A stretch of DNA of 63,794 bases, the filler included, from an uncultured bacterium (GTDB taxonomy: Bacteria > Latescibacterota > UBA2968), in assembly GCA_964471275.1 (NCBI GenBank). It is 4 parts of 4 records of this genome, joined end to end, with 100 filler letters (N's around TTAATTAATTAA, not from the genome) between each part and the next. Parts side by side here need not be neighbours in the genome. Positions count along the whole stretch, not along the records: positions 32,089 to 48,021 come from CAYYGZ010000099.1; positions 48,122 to 63,794 come from CAYYGZ010000101.1; 2 more parts are not named here. One strand, 5' to 3'. A program made the position numbers and the translations under genes. Under the pieces are notes generated by a model. That model saw nothing but the letters and a program-made list of their open reading frames with translations, was not told where the DNA came from and did no database searches. Numbering within the stretch: position 1 is the stretch's first letter; each line of letters begins with the position of its first letter. Shown piece after piece: positions 46,762 through 57,928 of the stretch.

Positions 46762-46892
46762 TTCGATACCCCTTTCTGAGGAACGCGCAGAGCGCAAAGC
46801 GCACGGCGAAATCAACCACTGTCGGTTTTGCTCTAACTGAAATCTCTTATCGTTCTGTTCCGGTACTTGCGCCTGGCTCCTTGCGCTCAGCG

Positions 46893-47942
46893 CTACGCGT
46901 AATAGGCCGCGTATTTTTCCATAGCATCCATAAGGGCACCAGCATTCTCGATCGGGACGCCCGGGTACAGTCCGTGGACCATCATCAGCCCGCCCTCTTT
47001 GCTCCCCAGTTTCTCGACCTCTTCCCGAATCAGGTCGTCGATCTGCTGCAGCGTGCCGTGCGGGATGATCTCCTGGCGATCGATATCCAGGTCGATGCAG
47101 GTGTGGCCGGCGAATCGGTCTGCAATCCAATCGATACCGTTCACCAGATCCTGCAGATTGATCACCTCGACGCCCCCTTCGATCAGGTCGTCCACGAGCG
47201 TTCGGATGTCACCGTCCGAATGCATATGCACAATCTGGCCCGCGTCACGAGCCGGCTTCATCAGCCGCTGGTAGACAGGCTTGATATACTTGCGCAAACA
47301 GTCGGGCGACAGCATCGGACCGATCTGCATACCGAGATCTTCCGGATACTCGATCATGTCCGGTTCCAATTCCAGCCATCTGGAAATATATCCGAAGTTG
47401 AACTCCTCGACCTTCTCGATCAGCCGATCCAGCCTTGGATCAGCATCGGCCATGTCGAACGTCAGGTTCTCGAAACCACGGATATCCTGGATTCTCAGGT
47501 AGGTATGGCCGTGCGGCAGCCCACCGGAAACGAACTCGCCTTTCTCCTTCTGTCGGGCAACTCGGGCACGTATACGCTCCCAATGGATCAAATACGTGCC
47601 GTCCGTCTCGGCAGGATCCGGAGTCACGTAAGATTCGAAGCTGTCCCAATCCGCGAGGGGATTCTGCCGAACAACCCCCGTAATCCCGTCATCGCTGGTC
47701 TCCCAGACGCACCCCCAGGGATCCGTGTACGGTTCGTCCTTCCTCTGATTCCCCCGGTAATCCGGTGCAACCGCATTCTGTCTCTTAAAATCCGGAAACA
47801 GATACGGATGCGCTTCCATCAGATCCTGCAGGGCGCCCTGATCGTAATGATGCCAGCATGCCCCGTTGATCGAAAAGTTCATCGGGATGGTATCCGGCCG
47901 CCCAAAACGTATCGCCCTGAGCTTATTCTCACGTCGTGTCAT
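46893..47942 (-). CDS. Uroporphyrinogen-decarboxylase-like (URO-D/CIMS superfamily) protein of unknown function
   Basis: DPWGCVW, IRGFEN, EDLGMQIGPMLSP, HMHSDG, DIDRQ, PIEN. Confidence 0.85.
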   Translation of the reverse strand: MTRRENKLRAIRFGRPDTIPMNFSINGACWHHYDQGALQDLMEAHPYLFPDFKRQNAVAPDYRGNQRKDEPYTDPWGCVWETSDDGITGVVRQNPLADWDSFESYVTPDPAETDGTYLIHWERIRARVARQKEKGEFVSGGLPHGHTYLRIQDIRGFENLTFDMADADPRLDRLIEKVEEFNFGYISRWLELEPDMIEYPEDLGMQIGPMLSPDCLRKYIKPVYQRLMKPARDAGQIVHMHSDGDIRTLVDDLIEGGVEVINLQDLVNGIDWIADRFAGHTCIDLDIDRQEIIPHGTLQQIDDLIREEVEKLGSKEGGLMMVHGLYPGVPIENAGALMDAMEKYAAYYA

Positions 47943-48021
47943 CTCGGTACCGAGGCGTAGAAAACTCTATCTACTAAGGCTCACACTTTGGGACCTCTCC
48001 CGATTGCATCATGTGACACCG

Positions 48022-48121
48022 NNNNNNNNNNNNNNNNNNNNNNNNNNNNNNNNNNNNNNNNNNNNTTAATTAATTAANNNNNNNNNNNNNNNNNNNNNNN
48101 NNNNNNNNNNNNNNNNNNNNN
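48022..48121. other. Artificial contig-joining spacer
   Basis: N44-TTAATTAATTAA-N44. Confidence 0.98.
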
Positions 48122-48122
48122 G

Positions 48123-48437
48123 CTGCTCGCGTGTGCTGTCGCCTGTGGTTCGGCGATCACCGCAAAGGAAGTCGAAATCCAGGCACCCTCGGTTCAGTGC
48201 GCGTTCTGCGAGAAGACGATCGAAGAAGCCGTCAAGAACGTCGATGGCGTTCAGTCGGTTTCCGTCGATCTGAGTAACAAGGTCGTCCTCGTCACCTACG
48301 CGGAAGGTCAGACCGATGTCACCAAGATCGAGACCGCAATCACACAGGTCGGGTTTCAGGCGAACAGCAGCAAGGCTGACCCCACTGCCTACAAGAGCTT
48401 GCCCGACTGCTGCAAGATGGAAGCCAAAGCACACTAG
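48123..48437 (+). CDS. Exported heavy-metal-associated (HMA) domain protein, 5' truncated
   Basis: Manual translation ...SVQCAFCEKTIEEAVKNVDGVQSVSVDL...AYKSLPDCCKMEAKAH* has CxxC and a C-terminal CC; not in the ORF track. Confidence 0.88.
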   Translation: MLACAVACGSAITAKEVEIQAPSVQCAFCEKTIEEAVKNVDGVQSVSVDLSNKVVLVTYAEGQTDVTKIETAITQVGFQANSSKADPTAYKSLPDCCKMEAKAH

Positions 48438-48442
48438 TATCC

Positions 48443-48889
48443 ATGCTGATCGATGGTGAGCGGGTGACGGAGGCGCAGGACGACATACAAGCGATCGATG
48501 CGCTTCTGACTCGCTTCGAGGCTGCGGTCGTCCAGGCGGATATTGAGACGATCCGTTCGTCTTTCTGCGAGGACGCAGTCAGCGTGTTCACTGGCTCGTC
48601 CGGTCCGGTTCGCGGTGTCGACGGCATCGTTGCCCTGTGGGCGGAGCACCTTTCACCGTGGTCGGATGTCGTGGTCGATCGCACGGATACGTTCGTACGG
48701 ATCCACGCAGATACGGCTTGGGCCACGTTTATCTGGAACGGTGCGGGGTCGACCGAGAGCGGCCGATACGCACTGGTCGGCGAGCGCTGGTCGGTTGTCC
48801 TGCTCTGGGAAGACGGCTGGAGGTTCGCCCAGACACATTCATCGCTTCCGTTTCAGGACTGGGAACGGTTGCGCGTGACGCCTTCGTGA
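48443..48889 (+). CDS. SnoaL/NTF2-like protein
   Basis: FEAAVVQADIETI..F.EDA, RWSVVL..EDGWRFAQTHSS. Confidence 0.8.
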   Translation: MLIDGERVTEAQDDIQAIDALLTRFEAAVVQADIETIRSSFCEDAVSVFTGSSGPVRGVDGIVALWAEHLSPWSDVVVDRTDTFVRIHADTAWATFIWNGAGSTESGRYALVGERWSVVLLWEDGWRFAQTHSSLPFQDWERLRVTPS

Positions 48890-49566
48890 TCGGCACAGCG
48901 ATCAATGTCGCCACGGTTCTGGCCGGTAGTGGCCTTGGCGTGGTCGTGGGCAACCGTATTCCGGATCGCGTTCACGAGACTGTGTTCAAGGGGCTTGGCC
49001 TGTTGACGCTGGTCGTCGGCATCAAGATGTCTCTCGAGACACAGAACATCCTCATCTTGATGGGAAGCGTACTGGCAGGGGCTCTTGTTGGCGAGGTGCT
49101 CGGCATACAGGCCGGTCTGGATCGGGTGGCCGACAAGCTTCAGACGCGTTTCGGTGGCGGCCGCGGTCGGTTCAGCGAGGCCTTTGTGACGTCCAGCCTC
49201 GTCTTCTGTGTGGGTCCGATGACGATTCTGGGGTCGATTCAGGACGGACTGGCCGGCGATTACGATCTGCTGGCGATGAAGTCGATGCTGGATGCCTTTT
49301 CATCGTTCGCCTTCGCGGCGACGCTCGGCATCGGTGTGATGTTCTCGGCCTTGACCGTCCTGCTTTTTCAGGGCGGTCTCACGCTCGGTGCGGGTGTTCT
49401 GGAAGGGCTTCTGAGTGAAGGGATGATTGCCGAGATGACGGCCTGCGGCGGGCTGATGGTTCTGGGCATCGGGCTGGTGCTACTCGACATCGCCCGGCCA
49501 AGGGTGGCGAATTTCCTACCCTCGCTGGTGATCGCGCCCTTAATTGTGTGGATCCTGAGCGTTTAG
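48886..49566 (+). CDS. DUF554 (YdfK-like) membrane protein
   Basis: MIGTAINVATV, FCVGPMTILGSIQDG, KSMLD, RVANFLPSL. Confidence 0.92.
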   Translation: MIGTAINVATVLAGSGLGVVVGNRIPDRVHETVFKGLGLLTLVVGIKMSLETQNILILMGSVLAGALVGEVLGIQAGLDRVADKLQTRFGGGRGRFSEAFVTSSLVFCVGPMTILGSIQDGLAGDYDLLAMKSMLDAFSSFAFAATLGIGVMFSALTVLLFQGGLTLGAGVLEGLLSEGMIAEMTACGGLMVLGIGLVLLDIARPRVANFLPSLVIAPLIVWILSV

Positions 49567-50028
49567 ATCGGAGAAGAGACTCGTGCCCAGCGGTGTAAAC
49601 CTCAACAGCAACGGCCTGATATCGAAGGCGAGCATGCCCCCGCTCACGAGTGCGTGTCCCCTGAAAGCGGATGCGAAAGGGATTTGAACATCGTAGCGGC
49701 CGCTGGAAGCGATCTGATCAGCCGCGTTGTCGTAGAGGGATCCAAGAATGTCGGTGGAAACATCGATATTATAGCGTAACCACCCGGCATCGTGTCCCGG
49801 TGGTTCTTTCTCTTCATTTGCTTCACGAAACCGGTCCCTCGAACCACCCTCAGCCGCATATGCCTGCGGAAGCGGGCACTCTCGCCTTCGCCAAGGCTTC
49901 ATCGGACAGGCGGGATGAACGGTAGTTATTCTCTTCCAATTATGACTCCTGGGACGTCGGACTAGAAGACGGCAGCAGATCAGCACTCCGTGGGCTCACG
50001 CCTTCGGAGTTTTTGCTTGTGGGGACAT

Positions 50029-51129
50029 TTGCCAACGCATTCAGACACAATTCTTCAGTTCGGTACCGGTCGATTCCTGAGGTCGTTCGTCGATCTGTTC
50101 ATCCACGAGGCGAACGAGTTCGGCGACACGAGATGGGACGTCGTCGCGGTTCAATCGACGGGAGATGAGCGGGCGCGGCAGCTGTGTTCAGGCCCGTTTC
50201 AAGTCGCCCTTCGCGGGATGTTCGGCGGCGAGCGGGTCGATACCGTGACGACCGTCCACTCTATCCGCCGCGCGTTGGCGGCGACTACGTCGTGGGGCGA
50301 GGTACTTTCGGTCGGGGAGTGCGAAACACTCAAGGTAGTGGTCTCAAATACAACAGAAGCCGGTCTTGCGCTGGACGACGCCGATCACGAGCGGCGCGCC
50401 GTCCCGTGTTCCTATCCCGCGAAACTTCTTGATGTGCTGATCCGTCGGTATCAGGCGGGTCTGCCGGCGATCACGATTATGCCGTGCGAGCTGGTCGATT
50501 GGAATGCGCGTGTATTGCGAGCGCTGGTGCTCGATCAGGCTACCCGGTGGGGCGTCGACGAGGAAATTCGCGTCTGGGTAGGGGAGGCCGTCACGTGGTG
50601 CGATACACTGGTCGATCGCATCGTCAGCGCACCTCCCGATGACCACCCGCTTCTGGTGGAAGATCCGCTTCTGTCCGTCGCCGAACCGTTCGCCCTTTGG
50701 GCGGTCGCCGACGCCTCCATGACGATAGAACATCCTGCGATCCAAGTCGTGGATGATGTTATGCCCTTTTCCCTACGGAAGGTCAGAATCCTGAACGGCG
50801 CGCACACGGCGCTTGTCGAGAAGGCGCTCGGCAAGTTTGTGACGGTTCGCGAGGCAATGGCCGACCCGGAAACACGAGACTGGCTGGAGACGCTCGTGAT
50901 CGAGGAGATCGTGCCCGTCGTGGATGCGCGAGTAGAGGATGCTGCCCCGTTTGCCCGCGATGTGTTCGAGCGGTTCGAGAATCCCTTCCTGGATCACCGT
51001 CTCGAAGACGTTGCGCTTCATCAGTCAGACAAGGTGAGCATCCGACTGCTCCCGACATACAACGACTACGATCAGATGTTCGGCAAGCCGCCTGCACTTC
51101 TGGGCAAGGCCATCGAACGCTACCTCTAA
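50029..51129 (+). CDS. uxaB: Altronate oxidoreductase (tagaturonate reductase)
   Basis: ILQFGTGRFLRSF, SNTTEAG, SYPAKL, PCEL, LVDRIV, KVRILNGAHT, RFENPF. Confidence 0.88.
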   Translation: MPTHSDTILQFGTGRFLRSFVDLFIHEANEFGDTRWDVVAVQSTGDERARQLCSGPFQVALRGMFGGERVDTVTTVHSIRRALAATTSWGEVLSVGECETLKVVVSNTTEAGLALDDADHERRAVPCSYPAKLLDVLIRRYQAGLPAITIMPCELVDWNARVLRALVLDQATRWGVDEEIRVWVGEAVTWCDTLVDRIVSAPPDDHPLLVEDPLLSVAEPFALWAVADASMTIEHPAIQVVDDVMPFSLRKVRILNGAHTALVEKALGKFVTVREAMADPETRDWLETLVIEEIVPVVDARVEDAAPFARDVFERFENPFLDHRLEDVALHQSDKVSIRLLPTYNDYDQMFGKPPALLGKAIERYL

Positions 51130-51142
51130 CCGGAGGTGTGGT

Positions 51143-52171
51143 GTGAAGACCATTACTCTGAACAAGCCGGGTCAGTTCTCTCTGACTTCCTGCGACGATC
51201 CCGGGGAGCCTGGCGCCGGGATGGCGCGTCTGGCGATCGACAAGATCGGGATCTGCGGGACCGATCTGCACGCGTTCCGCGGGCGACAGCCCTTCTTCGA
51301 ATACCCCCGGATCCTGGGTCACGAGCTCGGAGTCGTGGTCGAGTCCGTCGGACCCGGTGTCACGGACATACAGCCGGGCGATCGCTGTGCCGTTGAGCCG
51401 TATCTGAACTGCGGCACGTGTGTTGCCTGTCAGGCAGGGAAGACGAACTGCTGCACGAGTTTGAGCGTTCTGGGTGTGCACATCGACGGGGGGATGAAGG
51501 AGTCGATCCTCTATCCGACCGAGAAGCTCTATCCGTCCGAAACGCTGGAGACACAGCAGCTCGCGCTTGTCGAGACCCTCGGGATCGGGGCCCACGCAGT
51601 CGATAGGGCAAGGCCTCAGAAGGATGAGAAGGTGCTTGTGATCGGTGCTGGACCGATCGGTCTCTCCGTCATCCAGTTTGCTCTGGTCACGGGAGCAGAC
51701 GTGGCCGTTCTCGAACTGATCCCGGACCGCCGCCAATTTGTACAGGACCAGCTGGGAATCCCGACCGTGTTTGGAGATCTGGAGACGGTTCCCGATGCGC
51801 TCGATGGCTGGACAGATGGGGACCTGCCGACGCTTGTGTTCGATGCAACCGGAAACCCGAAGTCGATGGCGGCGGCGTTCGGATACGTCGCCAACGGGGG
51901 ACGCTTGACGCTTGTCGGTCTGGTACAGGGTGACATCACGTTCAACGACCCGGAGTTCCACCGTCGTGAGATGACGATCCTTGCGAGTCGCAACGCGAGA
52001 TCGGAAGACTTCAGGCGAATCATCCGTCTGATCGAATCGGGCGAAGTTGACACCGGACCGTGGATTACGCACCGGACAGGGTATGCGGGCTTTATCGAGG
52101 CGTTCCCGACCTGGCTCGAGCCCGAGGCAGGCGTCGTGAAAGCGATGTTGGATCTCGGCGATTCGGGATGA
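51143..52171 (+). CDS. Zn-dependent dehydrogenase (L-galactonate 5-dehydrogenase-like)
   Basis: GICGTDLH, PRILGHE, CGTCVAC..CC, GAGPIG, FHRREMTILASRNA; follows uxaB. Confidence 0.85.
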   Translation: MKTITLNKPGQFSLTSCDDPGEPGAGMARLAIDKIGICGTDLHAFRGRQPFFEYPRILGHELGVVVESVGPGVTDIQPGDRCAVEPYLNCGTCVACQAGKTNCCTSLSVLGVHIDGGMKESILYPTEKLYPSETLETQQLALVETLGIGAHAVDRARPQKDEKVLVIGAGPIGLSVIQFALVTGADVAVLELIPDRRQFVQDQLGIPTVFGDLETVPDALDGWTDGDLPTLVFDATGNPKSMAAAFGYVANGGRLTLVGLVQGDITFNDPEFHRREMTILASRNARSEDFRRIIRLIESGEVDTGPWITHRTGYAGFIEAFPTWLEPEAGVVKAMLDLGDSG

Positions 52172-52782
52172 GCAACCGGTATCCTATTCCGTCCGGACGA
52201 CAGCGCGTGGAGGAGGAGATCAAGAAGAGCCGCTTTGTCACGACCGTCGAAGCGGTGGCGAGCGTCGAGGAGGCACGCGCGTTTGTGGACGAAATGCGTG
52301 CCGAGTTTACGGACGCCAGCCACAATTGCTGGGCGTATCTGGTCGGTCCACCCGGTACGACGACCCACGTCGGGATGAGTGACGACGGGGAACCACACAA
52401 TTCTGCGGGTAGACCGATGCTAACCGTGCTGACCCACTGTGGTTTGGGTGATATCGCCGCGGTGGTCACGCGGTATTGGGGGGGGACAAAGCTTGGCAAA
52501 GGGGGACTTGTCCGTGCCTACTCCGGAGGTGTCCAGCTGGCGCTCGCGTCCTCCGGTACCGCCGAACGGGTCGATTGGGTCGAAATAAGCGCTGCTTTCG
52601 ACTATGTCGCGGTCACCGGGTTCAAGCGCACGGTAGCCCAGTTCGAGGCAGAGATTCAGGCTGAAGATTACGGCGAGAAGGCATTGTTCAGGCTGAAGTT
52701 ACCGTCGGATCACGTGGCGGGACTTCAGATCGCCGTGACGGAGTTGACCAACGGGCAAGTCGTCTTCGAACCGCGAGTTTAG
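52168..52782 (+). CDS. yigZ: YigZ/IMPACT family protein
   Basis: IKKSRF, ASHNCWAY, SDDGEP, VVTRYWGGTKLGKGGLVRAY. Confidence 0.95.
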   Translation: MSNRYPIPSGRQRVEEEIKKSRFVTTVEAVASVEEARAFVDEMRAEFTDASHNCWAYLVGPPGTTTHVGMSDDGEPHNSAGRPMLTVLTHCGLGDIAAVVTRYWGGTKLGKGGLVRAYSGGVQLALASSGTAERVDWVEISAAFDYVAVTGFKRTVAQFEAEIQAEDYGEKALFRLKLPSDHVAGLQIAVTELTNGQVVFEPRV

Positions 52783-52838
52783 AAACAGCAGATCAGAAGT
52801 TTGCCTAAGTGGGTATATGAGGAAGTATAACCTCGCCT

Positions 52839-52867
52839 TTGCGTATCCTCCGAATTCTCATTATATT
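52839..52867 (+). promoter_or_regulatory. Putative sigma70 promoter of gltBD
   Basis: TTGCGT-17nt-TATATT. Confidence 0.55.
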
Positions 52868-52888
52868 AGCCGACTCTAAAAAACTGAC

Positions 52889-53028
52889 CACGCTAGTCCT
52901 CCCATCGGGAGCGTGCGACTGAGTGAGTTGTCAGTCGATCGGCTGAGAATGGTCCAGCCGTTTCGGACGTACCCGTCTGTTGCCTTCCTGGTAGGCCTAT
53001 ACCTACCGACAGACTGCGCGATGTCCGA
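52889..53028 (+). promoter_or_regulatory. Structured 5' leader of gltB (four consecutive hairpins)
   Basis: CACGCT/AGCGTG; CGACTGA/TCAGTCG; CGGCTG/CAGCCG; three-segment hairpin TCGGACGT..GTCTGTTG..GGTAGG/CCTACC..CGACAGAC..ATGTCCGA. Confidence 0.5.
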
Positions 53029-53057
53029 CGCAACTATCGCAGAAAGGTTCATCTGTA

Positions 53058-56000
53058 ATGAGTGATCCGATAGGGCTGCCGCCCAAACAGGGGCTGTACG
53101 ATCCAAAGAACGAACACGACGCGTGTGGCATTGGTTTCGTCGTCAACATCAAGGGTCAGAAGTCCAGCAAGGTCGTCACTCAGGCGCTCGAGGTGCTTTG
53201 CAACCTTGACCACCGAGGCGCGCGCGGCAGTGAACCCGAGACGGGCGATGGCGCCGGGATCCTGATGCAGATTCCCCACCGGTTCTTCCAACGCGCCTGC
53301 GAAGGAATTGGTATCGAGCTGCCCTGGCCCGGAAAGTACGGTGTCGGGATGGTGTTCCTCTCCCCGAATCGTGAGGAGCGCCGTGCCCAGCAGAAAGTGC
53401 TGGAAGGGGTGATCGAGGACGAGGGGCAGCAGGTCCTGGGCTGGCGGAGTGTGCCGACAGACAACTTGCATCTCGGGGAGACCGCTCGCCACGCCGAGCC
53501 GATGATTCGACAGGTATTTATCGCCCGGAACGACGATATCAAGGATCAGGATGATTTCGAGCGGAAGCTCTATGTGATCCGGAAGCGGGCTGCAAAGGAG
53601 GTCCGGTATGTCGGCAAGATGGCTGGCAGTCAGCACTTCTACATCTCGAGTCTGTCCAGCCGTCTGATCGCTTACAAGGGGATGCTGACTCCCGCCCAGG
53701 TAGAGACGTTTTTCCTCGACCTGCAGGACAAGGCGGTGATGACGTCGATCGCGCTCGTCCATTCCCGGTTCAGCACGAATACCTTCCCCAGTTGGGAGCT
53801 TTCGCATCCGTATCGGATGATGATCCACAACGGTGAGATCAACACGAAGCGCGGAAACGTGAACTGGATGTTCACCCGGCAGGGCAACTTCGAGTCCGAG
53901 CTGTGGGGTGATGACCTCGAGAAGGTGCTCCCCGTGGTCGAGGATCCGGAGGGTAGTGATTCTGCCGTGTTCGACAATGCGCTTGAATTCCTGACGCTTT
54001 CCGGTCGGTCGGCCTCACACGTGATGATGATGATGGTGCCCGAGCCCTGGGAGAACCACGAGAGTATGCTGGATGAGAAGCGTGCCTTTTACGAGTATCA
54101 CAGCTGTCTGATGGAGCCGTGGGACGGCCCCGCATCGATCGCGTTTACCGACGGCGTGCGCGTCGGCGCCTGTCTCGATCGAAACGGTCTGCGACCCTCG
54201 CGCTACTACGTGACCAAGGACGATCTGATCGTACTGGCTTCGGAGGTCGGTGTGCTGGACATCCCGCCGGAACGTGTGTCGCACAAGGACCGATTACAGC
54301 CCGGTCGTATGCTCCTGGTCGACACCGAGCAGGGCCGGATCGTGAGCGACGAAGAGCTGAAGAACGAGATGGCGGCCGCTGAGCCATACAAGGAGTGGAT
54401 CGACCAGTATCTGGTTCAGCTCGACGATCTGCCGAAGCAGACGATCGACGACAAGCTGGACGATCACGACAAGGTGTTGCAGCGACAGCAGGTCTTTGGC
54501 TACACCTACGAGGATATGCGGGTGTTTCTCGGACCGATGATCACATCCGGCAAGGACCCGGTCGGGTCGATGGGGAACGACTCCCCACTCGCGGTTCTGT
54601 CCGACAAGGCCCACTTGCTGTACGGATACTTTAAGCAGCTTTTTGCGCAGGTGACGAATCCGCCGATCGATCCGCTCCGCGAGGAACTGGTGACATCCGC
54701 ATCGACATCGATCGGTCCGGAACGCAATCTGCTGAAGCCGGAGCCCGAGAGTTGTCACCAGATCAGTTTGCCGCGCCCCCTCCTGACGAACGAGGAAATG
54801 GCGCGTATCAAGGAGATCAAGCAGACAGGCTTCAAGTCCGCCACGCTTCCGATCGTGTTCAAGGCAGCGGATGGCAGCGCCGGGCTCGAGAAGGCGCTCG
54901 ATGAACTGTTCGCCGCTGCCGACAAGGCGATCGCAGATGGCGTCAACCTGCTTGTGCTGTCTGACCGGAGCGCAGACGCGGACAACTGTCCGATCCCGGC
55001 CCTCCTGGCCACGTCGGGTCTCCACCATCACCTGATTCGCAACAAGACGCGGACACGCGTCGGTCTTGCCGTCGAGTCGGGTGAGCCCCGGGAAGTGCAC
55101 CACTTCTGTCTCCTGCTCGGCTATGGGGCCCAAGCGATCAACCCCTATATGGCGTTCGAGAGTCTCGGGGATATGGTCCGGGAAGGGCTGGTCAAGGATA
55201 CCACGCACGAGGAAGCGATCCAGGGGTATCTGTATTCCGCCACGAAGGGTGTCGTCAAGGTCATCGCCAAAATGGGGATCTCGACGATAAAATCCTACCG
55301 CGGTGGTCAGATCTTCGAGGCCGTCGGTCTGGCCGAGGACGTGGTGAATCGATACTTCACGTGGACGGATTCACGGATCGGCGGGATCGGGCTCGATGTG
55401 ATCGCGCAGGAATCTCTGGTCCGTCACAACCAGGCGTATCCGGCGATCCCGGTCGATAACCGCGCGCTTGATGTGGGCGGTCGGTATCAGTGGCGAAAGA
55501 ACGGCGAGCACCATCTGTTCAACCCGATCACGATTCACAAGCTCCAGCAAGCGGCTCGCGCGAACGACTACGACGTCTACAAGGAGTACGCGGCCCTGAT
55601 CAACGACCAGTCAGAGAAGATCGGCACACTCCGGGGACTCCTCGACTTCGACTACCCGTCGGAGCCGATCCCGATCGATCAGGTTGAGCCTGTCGAAGCG
55701 ATCACGAAGCGGTTCAAGAGCGGTGCGATGTCCTACGGGTCCATCAGCAAGGAGGCCCACGAGGCGATGGCGATCGCAATGAACCGGATCGGCGGTCGCA
55801 GCAACACCGGCGAGGGTGGTGAAGATCCCGAGCGCTTTGTGGATCTTCCGAACGGCGATTCGAAGAACAGCGCGATCAAGCAGGTCGCATCAGGACGTTT
55901 TGGCGTGACCAGTCACTACCTGGTGAATGCCAAGGAACTGCAGATCAAGATGGCACAGGGCGCCAAGCCCGGCGAGGGCGGCGAACTGCCCGGAAAGAAG

Positions 56001-57647
56001 GTGTATCCCTGGATCGCCCGGGTGCGCCATTCCACACCCGGTGTCGAGCTGATTTCGCCACCGCCTCATCACGACATCTACTCGATCGAAGATCTTGCGC
56101 AGCTGATCCACGACCTGAAGAATGCAAACACCGATGCGCGGATCAACGTCAAGCTGGTTTCGGAAGTCGGTGTCGGCACGATCGCTGCCGGTGTCGCGAA
56201 AGGTCACGCGGACGTGGTGCTGATCAGCGGGCACGATGGCGGAACGGGCGCCTCACCGCAGACCAGTATCAAGAACGCCGGTCTGCCCTGGGAACTCGGG
56301 CTCGCCGACACCCACCAGACTCTCGTGATCAACAACCTGAGAAGCCGCATCGTCGTGGAGACGGACGGTCAGCTGAAGACGGGACGAGATGTCGCAGTCG
56401 CAGCTTTGCTCGGGGCAGAAGAATTCGGTTTTGCGACAACCGGCCTTGTCTCGATGGGCTGTATTATGATGCGCGTCTGCCATCTCGACACCTGCCCCGT
56501 GGGCGTGGCCACCCAGAACCCGGAGCTTCGCGAGAAGTTCACCGGTTCACCGGATCACGTTGTCAACTTCCTGACGTTTATTGCTCAGGATCTGCGTGAG
56601 ATTATGGCGCAGCTCGGTTTCCGTACGATCAACGAGATGGTCGGCCAGGTCGAGAAGCTCAAGCAGCGCACAGATGTGATGCACTGGAAAGCCAAACATC
56701 TGGATCTGTCGAAGATTCTGCACAAGCCGGTAGCGCGTCGTGAAGAACCACACTACTGCTGTGTCCCGCAGGATCACGGTCTTGAGAATTCGATCGATAA
56801 CCAGACACTTCTGGATCTGTGCGAGCCGGCAATTGAGAAAGGGAAGAAGGTCCGCGCCAAGCTGCCTGTGAAGAATACGAACCGTGTGGTCGGCACGATC
56901 CTGGGAAGTGAAGTGACCCGGCGTGTCGGGCCGGATGGTCTACCGGCAGACACGATTCACCTCCACTTCGACGGTTCGGCCGGTCAAAGTTTCGGCGCGT
57001 TCATACCCCCCGGTGTGACGCTCGAACTGGAAGGTGACGCGAACGACTACTTCGGCAAGGGGATGTCGGGCGGCAAACTCGTGCTCTACCCGCCGAAGGG
57101 ATCTACGTATGTGCCACGTGACAATATTATCGTCGGGAATGTTGCCTTCTACGGTGCCACGAATGGGGAAGCCTACATTTGTGGGATGGCCGGCGAACGG
57201 TTCTGTGTCCGTAACTCCGGTGTGCACGCGGTCGTGGAGGCCGTAGGAGACCACGCGTGCGAGTATATGACCGGTGGACGTGTTGTTGTCCTGGGGCCGA
57301 CGGGGCGGAACTTTGCGGCGGGAATGTCAGGTGGTATTGCCTACATCTACGATGAGGACGGGACGTTCCCGGGACACTGCAACCAGGAGATGTCCGATCT
57401 GCTTCCGCTGAAGGATACGGAAGAGGTCAATGAAGTGAAGGATATGATCGAGCGTCACGTGCAGTATACGCAGAGCGCGCTGGCGAAGGAGATTCTGTCC
57501 AACTGGAAGGGGGCGTCTCAGAAGTTCGTGAAGGTGATGCCCCGTGACTACCGCAAAATTCTGGATGCGATCGAGCGTGTGAAGGAACGCGGTCTCGAGG
57601 GCGAAGAGGCAACGCTCACGGCTTTCCGCGAGGCGATCGCAGAGTAG
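53058..57647 (+). CDS. gltB: Glutamate synthase large subunit
   Basis: [54 protein letters not shown]. Confidence 0.99.
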   Translation: MSDPIGLPPKQGLYDPKNEHDACGIGFVVNIKGQKSSKVVTQALEVLCNLDHRGARGSEPETGDGAGILMQIPHRFFQRACEGIGIELPWPGKYGVGMVFLSPNREERRAQQKVLEGVIEDEGQQVLGWRSVPTDNLHLGETARHAEPMIRQVFIARNDDIKDQDDFERKLYVIRKRAAKEVRYVGKMAGSQHFYISSLSSRLIAYKGMLTPAQVETFFLDLQDKAVMTSIALVHSRFSTNTFPSWELSHPYRMMIHNGEINTKRGNVNWMFTRQGNFESELWGDDLEKVLPVVEDPEGSDSAVFDNALEFLTLSGRSASHVMMMMVPEPWENHESMLDEKRAFYEYHSCLMEPWDGPASIAFTDGVRVGACLDRNGLRPSRYYVTKDDLIVLASEVGVLDIPPERVSHKDRLQPGRMLLVDTEQGRIVSDEELKNEMAAAEPYKEWIDQYLVQLDDLPKQTIDDKLDDHDKVLQRQQVFGYTYEDMRVFLGPMITSGKDPVGSMGNDSPLAVLSDKAHLLYGYFKQLFAQVTNPPIDPLREELVTSASTSIGPERNLLKPEPESCHQISLPRPLLTNEEMARIKEIKQTGFKSATLPIVFKAADGSAGLEKALDELFAAADKAIADGVNLLVLSDRSADADNCPIPALLATSGLHHHLIRNKTRTRVGLAVESGEPREVHHFCLLLGYGAQAINPYMAFESLGDMVREGLVKDTTHEEAIQGYLYSATKGVVKVIAKMGISTIKSYRGGQIFEAVGLAEDVVNRYFTWTDSRIGGIGLDVIAQESLVRHNQAYPAIPVDNRALDVGGRYQWRKNGEHHLFNPITIHKLQQAARANDYDVYKEYAALINDQSEKIGTLRGLLDFDYPSEPIPIDQVEPVEAITKRFKSGAMSYGSISKEAHEAMAIAMNRIGGRSNTGEGGEDPERFVDLPNGDSKNSAIKQVASGRFGVTSHYLVNAKELQIKMAQGAKPGEGGELPGKKVYPWIARVRHSTPGVELISPPPHHDIYSIEDLAQLIHDLKNANTDARINVKLVSEVGVGTIAAGVAKGHADVVLISGHDGGTGASPQTSIKNAGLPWELGLADTHQTLVINNLRSRIVVETDGQLKTGRDVAVAALLGAEEFGFATTGLVSMGCIMMRVCHLDTCPVGVATQNPELREKFTGSPDHVVNFLTFIAQDLREIMAQLGFRTINEMVGQVEKLKQRTDVMHWKAKHLDLSKILHKPVARREEPHYCCVPQDHGLENSIDNQTLLDLCEPAIEKGKKVRAKLPVKNTNRVVGTILGSEVTRRVGPDGLPADTIHLHFDGSAGQSFGAFIPPGVTLELEGDANDYFGKGMSGGKLVLYPPKGSTYVPRDNIIVGNVAFYGATNGEAYICGMAGERFCVRNSGVHAVVEAVGDHACEYMTGGRVVVLGPTGRNFAAGMSGGIAYIYDEDGTFPGHCNQEMSDLLPLKDTEEVNEVKDMIERHVQYTQSALAKEILSNWKGASQKFVKVMPRDYRKILDAIERVKERGLEGEEATLTAFREAIAE

Positions 57648-57928
57648 GTCGACACTGTAGGGGTGCGCGTGGGGGGTTGAGTAGGATTCGTGCTGCGCGG
57701 CCTGGATGGTTTGCAAATTACCGACGATGGCTGCCGGCCTTCGGCCAAAATGCCCGTGTGAATAAGGCCTTTGGCCCGTAGGGATTCCTCACCTCGCGCT
57801 ATTCTCGTTGCTGGTGGAGCTGCAACCGCAGTTCGCGATTTGTTGACCCAGTAGCGTGTATGCCTGCTCCCTCGGAATGACGTTGGTCGGTTTTGTGAAG
57901 AATTCAGGCTAGTTGATTAGGAGAATAA

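Noticed and set aside
46762..47130. N-terminal extension of YajC in the 236-aa ORF
   Set aside because: It overlaps the URO-D-like gene in another frame; there is a good RBS and TTG start at 46761
49540..49986. 148-aa minus-strand ORF between DUF554 and uxaB
   Set aside because: No recognisable motifs or RBS; it may be a decayed remnant but cannot be supported
50783..52072. Long antisense ORFs (also 18001-19092, 46881-47960, 54294-55208, 60827-61798)
   Set aside because: Shadow ORFs opposite well-supported genes, as expected in GC-rich DNA
57648..57928. 280-nt gltB-gltD spacer as an ncRNA or small gene
   Set aside because: Only short, weak hairpins and repeat-like scraps; no coherent fold or ORF
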